Origin: Bugula neritina
Taxonomy: Eukaryota; Animalia; Bryozoa
Reading direction: 5' to 3'
DNA length: 64,000 nucleotides
Assembly: GCA_964035545.1 (NCBI GenBank)
Contig: OZ037765.1
Coordinates: 23,683,504 to 23,747,503, forward strand
The position numbers and the translations under genes are program-made. Of this stretch, positions 26,533 to 38,500 are shown piece by piece (position 1 is the first letter of the stretch; each line of letters begins with the position of its first letter). The notes under the pieces are model-generated. The model worked only from the letters and a program-made list of their open reading frames with translations. It did not search any database and was not told the DNA's origin.

Positions 26533-29500
26533 CTAGGGTAGGCTGGGAGTGGGCATTTGATTCATATCGACACTTGTAACCAATACATTGGCGGGTATTG
26601 GAACAGTGCCAGCAGGGCCAACTACAGTATTCACTGTGCTGGATGATGCTAGTGGTAGAGGTGGTGCAATAGGTGGGGTGATTGTTGACTTTGAGAAAGA
26701 AACCCGTAAATGACTAGTCTCACCAAGTTGATAATTATGCATTCCCTGAAAACAGAATATCAGTATTTACAGCATTACAGATACACTGACAAGACCTACC
26801 TTAGCATGTGGTCATGGCTTCTAACTAACTAAAATCACTAGCACAGAGCATTACATGTACAACTGCTGAGGAAGGATAGCGGAGTTACTATTAATACTAC
26901 ACTCTTTCACTAACACAGCATGTTTAACCAGCTTTAGAGTAATATATAAAAATAGAAAGTCTCAATAAAATGATTTCATTTTGCCAAAGCAAGTGGAATT
27001 TATGATGCCAAATAAAAAACTGTATGCAAAAAACTAAAACTGTGTATTATTGAAAAAGTATCAATTTATATTTTTAGGAATATTTTAGTTTCAAGTTTCA
27101 TCACTAGTCATCTTACTGAGACCTTAGAATTTCAAACTGCAAAGGCGTGGCCTGCTTTTTCAAACAAAAATATGCAGAACAGAGAGAATAGCAACGCGCT
27201 CATGCAATGCCGACTATAATTTTCACTGCTTGCACAGGTGGAAGAAGTATGGTAGAAGTGGGCTACAAGATATTACCAGAAGAGTTCACATATTCACAAC
27301 TAGCACTTACCACCAAACCCATTACAGCATCATCTATACTCTCCATCTGAATTAGAGCCATCTTGTGATCTTTCTCAAAAAACTTGAAGGCTGTCACCTT
27401 CCCATATTTGGCAAACTCCGTTTTCAATAGTTCCCCTTTCACATCGGGTCTGTTAACAGAAATCGATGAATAAACTGAGTATATTATACAAGTATAAAAA
27501 GTTAAACCTAGATTTGGTTTACAATTCTAAAAGATTATTTTCAAGAAAAAAAAATTATAACTGTCGTTTTTTGAAATTCAAGATGGAATGCACAGCATGA
27601 CCTTCAATTTATGGTGTAAAGTGTTTGCTTCAGCTTTCCAAATATTTATGTGAAAAATCCCATGAGCTGTTCAAAATATAATTGTGTAAGTATAAAAGAA
27701 AACAGAGTTAGGTTGTCAACAATTGTGAATACAGCTGCATAATGCACAAAACTTTTATTAGCCAACCATCCGTATAACTTTGTTCTGCTTACTTGCCGAC
27801 TACCAACTAGAAAGAATTGTGTACGTACGGAATATTAGACAAATGCAGCGTGGCAGATGGTGGGTATATGTTCTGGTAGTTCTTAGATCCTTTCTTCTTA
27901 TATCTGTGAAGCGGGGAGTTGGTGTAATCTTTAGTCAACTTAGCCCCATCGGCTTGCAGATCTGTAGGCATTTGCACTATTGGATGCTTTGAAGGAGCAA
28001 CTCTTATTTGCTTTCCCCACACTTTTATCTTGTCCAAGTGAGTGAGTGCTACATAAACGCACAAAAACTAAAAGCTATCTCTAAGAAACAAACATTTTCA
28101 ATGTTTTTAATAGAATTATGTGGACAGAATTTTTAATGAATGCCCGAGTGAAAAATAACAACTTACCTAGCTGGGCTTGAGTTGGTTCATTATACTGTAA
28201 GAGAGCATTGTCTTTCTTGTTGTAGAGTATCTTTACTCTGACTACATCACCATAGACCCCTGTTTACATGCACACAGCAGTTAGTATTACAGGCTATAAC
28301 ACCATTTTACACAAGCAACTCAAGCATTATGTAACAAATATGATAATGTGAATAAGGGAAATGCCAAGGAGTAGTATCAGTAACATGCATTTCACATCTG
28401 GCTTTAACCGCATGATTCACAATCACTTAGTTGAAGCGAAAAAGAAATCAACATACCAAAAAGCGTGAACAGGCCGTCTGGCGTAGCTTTCTACTTGATG
28501 GAATAGAAGAAACATAAAGAGCAGTAGTCAGCAGCCAATCATATCATCCATAGAAGAGAGAGTTGTCCAATAGAAAGATCCGTAACGCAAGAAGACAGGT
28601 AAAGTAGTGGTTTGAAGTGGTAAGGTGTAATATCACCAAAATCCAAGTGGTGGTAGTTGCAACAGTGTTTAGTAGTAAGTGGCAGGTGGTAAGAGAAGAG
28701 AAAAAGAAAACAAACAAAATAACTACATAGTTGTTAATATAAAGTCATTGCTTGCACTATAGAACAACTGACTAGTGGCATAGTTAGACCTAGAGAGTAT
28801 ACACTAAGCTCTTTGTCACAGGAATTTTAAAACTTGTTTTCAGTTTACAAGACAAGTAGGAGTTGTCTGCACTAGAATGAAAATTTTTCACCAAACACCA
28901 GCAGAATTTCTATTTCATGTTAGTTGGACTCATTTTTGAAGGCAAATATTGTAGCAAGATTAGCGATGAATGTTTAAAATCTCTTGTTTTGATTCAATCA
29001 AAAAAGATTTGCATACAAATTACCAGTTAGTGGCAAAGTGAGAATTTATGAAAATTGTTATAAATTTCAGGTGACAAAATTGCTGAGTGTAAAGCTACTA
29101 AAATACATACAAATATAGATAGGAGAACTGATTCTATATATTATATTATTGCGTAACTTAAAGGTCTTCAGCCACCTAGCACTTTTTATATCATTAGAAA
29201 GTGTTAGACTTACTGATGTCAACCATACTAATACTTTACACACTGTAATATATATTCCAAAGGATAAGAAGCCAAAGATGCTCATAAAGGTGTGGTTATG
29301 ACTTTCCATAAGGCAGTCATAAGATATCGTTGCCTTCCTATATTTTGGAATTTATTTTTTCAATGTGAATAGTTACAATTTTTTACCAGGTAAATTCAGC
29401 AAATCTGAAGCTTTTTAATAATATAAAAATTTGCTAAGAGGCAAATGACCATTGAAAATGATTATGAGAAGGAATAAAATATATTGTAGCAATAACTTTG

Positions 29501-32500
29501 AGATCAAGATAATTACTGTGAAGTAACAAGCATGTATGAGGGAGTGTATTAACATTATACAAACTTATATAAGCAATTGTTTCACCAAACACCAACACAC
29601 AAAATTGCAGAGAAATTAAAAGAAACTAGTTGCTAGTAAATGAGAACATAACTAACAACAAAGTTTTATTTTGAGATTTAGAAATGGATGACGAGCTAAC
29701 AGCACAATGCCCAGAGCACAAGGTGTACAATATTAGGGTTCTACTCGGTACGAAGAGCATTAGCTATAAATTAGTTGCTACAAACCTCTTCTTCCAGATT
29801 AGAAACAAGAATCACACAACCAGATTGAGCCATACTGCTAGGCAAGCGAGCCGCGGCGGCAGCCATGTTTGCAGCTGCAACCTGGTTGGCCACTGCAGGG
29901 GATATTCCAAGGTTCATCATAGCCGCTGGATTGAGACCATGGATCTGCGGGAGGCCGGGATGGTGATGCATACCCGCGGGTAGAGCGGTTTGCAGAGCTG
30001 GGTGCATCTGTGGCATATGGCCCAATCCTTGTTGCATGTGCTGCATACCAGGCACTGTGGGAACATAACTCCATATTTAAATTCTTGTAGTTGCAACAAA
30101 GATATTTGTGAATAGCATCGAAAAAAGTTGAACATACTTAACATGATTAGAGAATATATATATATTGTACTCACCTTGAAAAGGCATTGAGTGCATAGCT
30201 TGATGAACTAAAAAAAGAAATAAAAATGAAACACAAGCACCTCAAACATTAATATTATAACTCAATATGAGAAATAGTTGAAAGCAGGTAGCAGTTGAAT
30301 CTATGTAGTATTTAGTGAATTGCTTATATACGGACTTGACTAGAACTGTTTGCTTTAGGGACTAAAAACAAATTTAATATTCTGAGCAAGATATACAGAA
30401 TTATGGGTACAAAGAGTGTGAAACTATAAGGTTGGTGGCAGTTTAAATGAAGCAACACGTGTCAATGCAAGCTATGGATGAATAATTGACAGCTGCTGGG
30501 ACCAAAAGGCAACTCAGCTTGCATATAATATTCTATTTATGCTGTACGGCTCATATACTTTGTATCTAACATCCATTCACGTAGCAACAATATGATGAAC
30601 CTTTTTGTTTGAAGGTATTGAAACTTGAAAAAGGCTATTGATTATGGTGATGAGATAGACAACGCACATAATAGTCATCTTATCAAAATAAGTAATAGCT
30701 TTATAAATTTACTAGCTAGCAACTTTGTGGCTAATATTACTAATGCTATGTCCATTTACTGCATACTATGTATTAATATCTCAAAGGTAAAAGAACTTTC
30801 GCAATTTCTTTAATAACGAACATATAGCACTGTGTTCAACTTTGATCATCTTTTAAATTTTATATTGCATACGACTATCAGGTATGCTAACTAACTAAAT
30901 CTTAAAATAAAAAAAACTAATTTGAAAATTTCAAAACCGCATAATAAAATATGAAGAGTTATTTGTTAAAATCTGTTTTAAATGAATAGAATTGTATTCA
31001 CTATTTTGCTGCATTCAAGAACATTTGATAATTTTATAAAGTAATAATAATTGGCTAAAATTTGACTTGGAAAAATCTAGTAGACATTGTGATTACATAT
31101 AAAACTAATCCTCAGCTCTCGTGTTGAAATTACCTCCAGCTGGTTGAAGAAAGGTGAGAGGTGCTCCAAAGCCAGTAGTGGGGGCGTGAGCTGGTAAAGC
31201 TGGCATGGCTACAGATCCGGCAGCCTGGGCATGTGCTAGAGACATGGATGTTGGTGTGATGTGAAACCCATTGGCCATATGTCCTGGTAACATTTCAATA
31301 AGTATAGATATAAGTGTTTAAACATAGGATCAAAGGAAATAGTAATACAGATAGGAAGATATTTAAAAACACTAATTGCTAGCCCATTTATTCCTTTTCC
31401 AGTGAAGCTATTTGGTGTCAGTTTTTTAAACCAACTGGTAGGCATCAACATTTTAGTGACAGTAATTAGAGCAAAGAAATAATAACAATAAAACATACAG
31501 AGTCTTATGCTTTAGAAGTATGAGCAGAAGAAATGACACGTAGGTGTGTTAAGGGTGTTTGCTCAATGCAAGCAATCTGTATTGAGCATTATTCTTAATC
31601 ATGGAGGCATATCAATGCATACTAAACAATTAGAGACTCCATGTTTCATTGCCTTATTTATGCCAAGTACAGAGAATCTCAAGTTTCCAAATACTTTGTT
31701 CTACTAAACTATGTGCCATACTAGATGAGTTTTTATTCCGTTTGCCTAAAGCACTGGAGGTTTGAAAAGGTTAGACAGAAGTGTACTTTACAGATCCTAG
31801 CTGTTGCCATATAATACTTCAGCAACAAAAAATTCTAGACAAATATTAGTTGTAAACACTCATGTAGCTTACCTAAAATTCAATATATGGACTATAAACC
31901 GCATTTAAAAACTGATATACAAAAAGTCAATACTCTGCATATTATAATGTGCAATTAAAGCCCAATTTAAATATTGATAGAGTTACAAACAATCCACGGT
32001 ATAGAACAGTAGCTTGTTCTGTGGAAACTGTAATGAAAAGTTTTGTCCAATAGAGCTGAATAAATTGAATTTTCCAGTTAATATAATACACTAGAAACAT
32101 TTAATATGAATTATGAATAGAATATGGGAGTTTTATACTTCTCAACTTTAATATTATATTCAGTTACAACACTATATATCCAATTAATATGATATGTAGT
32201 TGAGTGGCAATTGAGTAATCAAATCTATTCTCACACTAATCAAAGCGTGAGACTTGAAATTTAAACACTGACAATTACTCCACGTCATCATTTACTTGTT
32301 AAGTAGAGTGTCATTTAAAATGGTATCAGTAACTTGGTCATCACTCAGGTATATGCACACAGTCAATGTGGCTTATTGATCAACAAATAAACAGTATTGA
32401 GATGTGATAATATACATGCAGTTCTATAGCCATGGAAAATTATGCAATTCCTATTGTTTGTATTCAACTTAAACTCTGCATGCAATACTCAATATACATG

Positions 32501-35500
32501 GGCTTAAAGACTGTGGTGCTGCCTAACTTACTCATATGCTTATTATAGTCCTATGGTAGTTCTTGAGATGACGAGTGGTGCTAATTTAATGTCTATACAG
32601 CCTAAACCTCTCTTAAAATTTGCAGCTTAAATTCTAGTGTTGTTTGAGAGATTTGTTGACGGATCATTGGCACGATTGGTATAGATTTATACCAGTATTC
32701 ACTTGGTATATTAATTTAGTATGCTAAACAAATTATTGACAGTTTTGATTTTGATGTTGACCTTATGTTTCAGTTGGCTATCTTCATCATAAAAATCAAA
32801 AACAAGCTCAAGTTGTTTATAATATCTCAACTTTACACCAAAACATTGGCGAAGAATGACACAGAGTAAATATCTCATAGAAAAATCTTGTTAACCTAAT
32901 AGATATGATTTTAATAACTGCTTTGAATTAGATCTTAATCAAGGCCTATACATAGCATTTATTAAATTATCAGAGTATATTATTGATTTTGATTAGTTTG
33001 TTATGCAGCCGAGTTGCAATCAGGAACCTTAGATCAGTAGACCGACTTGTTAGTCAGCTTACCTGGTAGACTCTGCATGTGGGTTGGTGACGGTGACGGA
33101 ATCTCAATACCAGGAGAGTTGGTACCATTTTCCCCAGAAGGAAGTGAAGGATTAGTGTAGTCTCGACTTTTCTCATTGTTATACTTGACATTAAGTGAAG
33201 TGAGCTTACTGAAATCTATTCTGAGTGTACAGCAATTGTTGTAGATATTCTGACTATCTAAAGACTGTAAAAAGCAAACAGCAAAACTAAAACCCTTTGA
33301 AATGACAATAAAACCCAAAAAGTTTCACTCTTAGACTTCAGCATAATATTTCCAAAGTTATGTGAACTCTTAGTAATAATAATTAAGTGTATCCAAAAGT
33401 TAAATGGAAATGGAAAAAAGTTATAACAAAAAGTGTTGCATAGTCATAGATCTAAAACTGGAACTTAAAAACAGGAGCAATTATGATTTATTACTGAAAT
33501 TGTCACACATATTAAATTCTCAGTTGGTGCCTATTTTCTATTTTAGTTTGATACTAAAATGTCGTGTAAATTACATACAAATTACAAATACATAATAAAG
33601 AACTTATAAATGTTTCACATTTTATATCCATTGAAAATTAAAAACTTGCTTATATGTTGCTACCAGGTACATAAAATGGTGAAATAGAAATCATATATAA
33701 CTATGGCTTCAGCAAAAGCCAAGTTGACTAGAAAAGACAGTAAATTGCTTGTATAGCATTAATATTTTATCAACTTTTATCATTCAGATTACAAAATTGA
33801 TAAAACTGCCTACGAAAACAAATGAATAAAAGACATGATGAATTATAATATACAAATATGTGAGTTACTGGTTTGCCAATGCTAGTATCTATAAGTTTGG
33901 TCAAAAGCAATTATCATAGATAAGTTGTTATGAGCGATTAGTCAACTTCTACTAGTCACAAGTTTTGTCATGATTTTGCAATAGAATATCATTTTGTACT
34001 TCATGGTGCATGAAATCCTGTTGGTTTATTGTTAACTGAAGCATGTACGTTTGTAAGAAGAAACTGGAGTGTTTAGTATCACCAGTTTATATACAGCAGA
34101 GTATTTACAATCACTCACCCCTTTAGCTGTTTGAGCCGAGATCGAATCTGAATACTGCACAAGAGCTTGAAACTGATCTACAGAAATGCATTACAAACAA
34201 GTTTGGTATTTAGCAATTATAAGATGAGTTACCACAATGCATAGAATGACATGGGAGGTGGTAGTTGCACCATCAAGCTGTTTGACCTAGCCCCTTGGAT
34301 GCCTCATTTCTCAAGCTATCTAAATTATAGCATAAAACTTGAAAAAATATAAGTGTAGTTTCCAATAGGTAAACATTTGCTTAATTGCTATCTAAAAGGC
34401 TAGTAAGACAATATGACATTCTAAGATTTCAGTCTTTCTGTCCAATGATTTTACGCAATTCTAATGAGAAACCATATTTCAAAGTGATTAAATATTGATT
34501 AAAGGTTTGTTTCAATGTGAACTTACTGTTTTTATTAAAAATGATGATCTTTAATACTTGTCCATATCTGGAGAAGATCTAAAACACAAATAATAAGACT
34601 GAGTTCACTATCAAACTCAACATTATAGAACATCAACCTCGAGCTAAATGCTATTTAGTTGTGAGATATAAGCAATTAACTTGCTGTCTTCTACTCTTAC
34701 CTGTTTGAGAACTTCAATTGAGACTGGAAAGACTAAATTGTCTACAATGATGTGCAAAACTGTTTTGGGATCATTCGGATCTGAACCACCTAGTTGAGCA
34801 GCATTAGCTGCTGAGATTGCTGCAGCATTGGCCGGATTCTAAAAAGATAAATATAATTGTATAAAATCAATGTGGGCAGCAGGTAAAACATTAATAAAGC
34901 ATATTATAAACAGCAGATTCCTTATAGGCGGATGCAGATAGTCAGTTAGTCAACGTAAGTATTTAGTGCTACGCATGATTAGCTGGCGTCAAATTTCCTC
35001 CTGCAAATCTTTGTGCACTAGTTGTTTTTATACTGCTATTATTAGTTTAACAGTTTACAAAACCCAGCACATTTTCTGGCATTCGGCTACAATTTATATA
35101 CCACTATTTGGATTACAGTTAAAACAAAGTAAAATATGTAAATTTGAACAGTTAACAAATGAACTAAATATATAGACGCCATAAATTTATGCCAAGACTT
35201 TAGACCGCGGCATTATGCTGGAATATAAGCACAATATCAAATACAGTAATAAAGCCATTAAGCAAACACGAGAGGCCTAGCTGACTTTGAGTGTTTATTA
35301 CCACCGTAGTTTGTTCATGGTAAGTTACCCAAGCATTTAGTGACATGGGCGTCTCATATCTGGCGATTATAAGATCAAATGACCTGATAACTTTATAACA
35401 TTTCAGATGTGAATAAGTTTCGAGTGTTTAAACTGTTGATAAAATACACGTATTGTAGACCATAAAGGATGGAGCAGTTGAAATCAGGCCAACACTGTAT

Positions 35501-38500
35501 TGAATGACTTCGATAACAAAGTTACAAAATGTCTACTACAGTTTAGTGAACTGCTATCCACATCCAGCTGAAAAAGGTTATTAATTCCACCAACTAAGCA
35601 TGTGATACTGTGTCATCCGTGGCTAGATGAAAATCACACTTAGTTATTGTTGCAGCAGACTTAACACAAGCTAGCTTGGTTGCGAAATGACACAGTTGGT
35701 TAATTTTGATACTAAACAAGATGTAATATTAAAACTGATGAGCCTTGTATTGATAGTTATCAAATGTTTGGTGATTTATCAAGTAGGGTGAAGGAAGTAT
35801 AAAATGACCACCATGTTGTTAGTAGTTGTGACTGCTTGGAAATTGAAATTATGCCTTATTTATTTAGTAAATGAATGAAGTTTCAAAAGATGGATATTGG
35901 TAAAAGTGCTTTTCAAAAATAATGGCGATCTATTTGAGGGGGTGGTGGGAGGGGCAAGTTATGAATAATTTAGAAACAACACACAAAGCTCATATCAATT
36001 TGATTTTTTAATATTTTTAAAGTAACAGATTGAAATGAAAGCTTATTTGTCTGAACATTGGCTACAAGTTATATAAGAGAAGGGTCTGTATACTTTATCG
36101 TCTTATAATGTCATAGCAATGATTGGTGGAGTAGTGAGCAAGTAATGTATTGGTAGTGTATGCGATTTACTTACAAAATAGTGTAACTGATCAGGTTTAA
36201 GTTCTTTATGCTGAGTGGAGTGCTGGAGGAAGACCTGAACTCTTTTAATCTGTGCAGGGGAATTTTGGTGATAATTAATGCAAGCATTGGCTTGGTTAGC
36301 ATCACTCATCTCTATATATGCCTGCAATGTAAGAATACTCTTATACTTTGCATAGAAACCTAATACTGGACAGGCTAGACGCAACTATAGTGGTTGGTAC
36401 CTAGCAACATAAAAACATCTTGGGGCTGCGCAACTCTTGTATAATCCATTTATTTTTGATTTCAAAATGACCCCCCCTTTGCTTTCTAAGACTATTCCTG
36501 CTGAGTTTAATTCATGTTACTCTACAGTAAAGAACAGGGTATCCCAATTAGTAGGTAGCAGACATGTCATTAAGCTATAAACACTGTGAACTGGCTCTGT
36601 TTATGATCAATGAGTGTAATAAAACCTGATGTAATTATCTTAATGCTGTTTTAGGGATATTACTGAAGCTAAATAGCATCCCAAATTGTTCAGTAGGGTG
36701 AGTAGGCCAGGTAGAAGCTACCTTTAAGGCTATTTTCAGTATTATTTTGAGAATACTGATTTTTAATTAGCACTGGAGCAGAGAGCACACAATATAGACT
36801 ATATAGACTGTACTGCATCTCAGACTTAGCTACAGCATACCAAGAGTATAATAAATCTTTAAAACTGCGGATCAATAAATCTGTCCTCCTTGCTAAGTTC
36901 CAGAACAAATAGTTAACTATAATAAAATTATTCATTAGTAGCTTGAATCACAAAAAATTTACCTACTGTATTTTGCAATTGTAGAGTGAAGCCCTATTGT
37001 ATTTGTATATTGACCAGTTAGCAATAAATCTGCTAGAACTGTTGGCGATAGGAGTCCAAATTTATATAGTATGAGCCCAGCTTCATCTTTTAATACTTGA
37101 TTAATTTGCTTTGGGAGATAAGCAAAAAGCACTTTATAAACAATAAAATTTAAAGGACCTAATGATGTGCTTAATACAAATAAGTGTTCAGTATTTATAC
37201 CTTATTTTTGTTACGGGCTATAGCAACATTGGCAACCTTTCCAAAAGGAGTAGCTATCTGTAATAAATCTTGCTCTCTTGTATCTGGAGGTACACCAGAA
37301 ACTTCGATGACCTTCGAAGGAGAAGTCTGATTTGCATTGATATCTGTTGTAGCATCATACTTGACCTAGAACATATGCCAGTTACCATTACTCTGGGGTG
37401 CAACGTATAAGTTGCTACATTATAATTACATATGATAGTGTAATAAGCACCAGCAAGTACCACATAAGTTCACGCCATGCTAAGGTAAATTATAACAATT
37501 ACAGCTTTCCATAACAGCTATTGAGCAACTTATAAGTTAGAAATTCTGAAATGGAGGAAATTTTGTCCATGGCTGATTTTACAAGTTAGTTCAAGAGAAA
37601 ATGCAGAGGAACACAGAAGTACTGGGGGACCTTATTGAATTTTATTACTGTAGCTACCTTTTTAGCATCATTTGGTTCTAAGTCTGAGGAAAACTCCGAA
37701 AGGAGTGTAACTGCACTTCCATTACTGTTATTAATCATCTGAGCTTGATGGGTCAACATTTCTTCTGATCCCCTCTGCAAAAATGAGAAAGAAAAGCGAT
37801 GTGAACTGGCTACAGCCATCAGGTGCAGAAGACAGCAGAAAGGAAAGCCTACAACTAAATCACTAGCTTCAAAGTTGTCACCAGGGTGCAGCAAGTAGGA
37901 AAACTGTGATAAGAGCTGGTTATAGTATTACCAACCATTAATGACTGTTTGTGCAGTTCAGTTGGTGACAGTGAATGATGGTAATAACATGTTTGGTTGT
38001 TGGCACTGCTGATTGTATCATCTGATAGTAAAGTTATAAATAATGTAATAAAATTGACTAGTCAGAAACCAATCTAAGCCTTATCATATACTTTTTGGTC
38101 TATTCAAATAAATTCAAGTATTGAACATAGCTGGTAAAGACGTTAGGTAAATATGCGTCATGTACATTAACTAGCTAGCCTAACAACCAAACTAGATAGC
38201 ATGGCCATTACTTTTATCCAGTCAATTCTAAACTGGTGATTTAAAACCAAATGACACGGTGATTAAGTACTGTTTTGATCTTCTTGATAATTTTTTTTAC
38301 AAATATAGGCCTGCTTAACATTTTTAGGTTCATTTTTGCCTAGTTCAAGTGGTAGAAGAAGAGATATACAAATTAGCTTAGATGACAGCAAATACTGACT
38401 CCCAACTGAGTATTAAACTCACACATAAACATTGATTCATTGGTTTTAAAATGGCTTCAATAGAGATAATACTCTTATAGCTACTTCCTTTATGAGTAGC

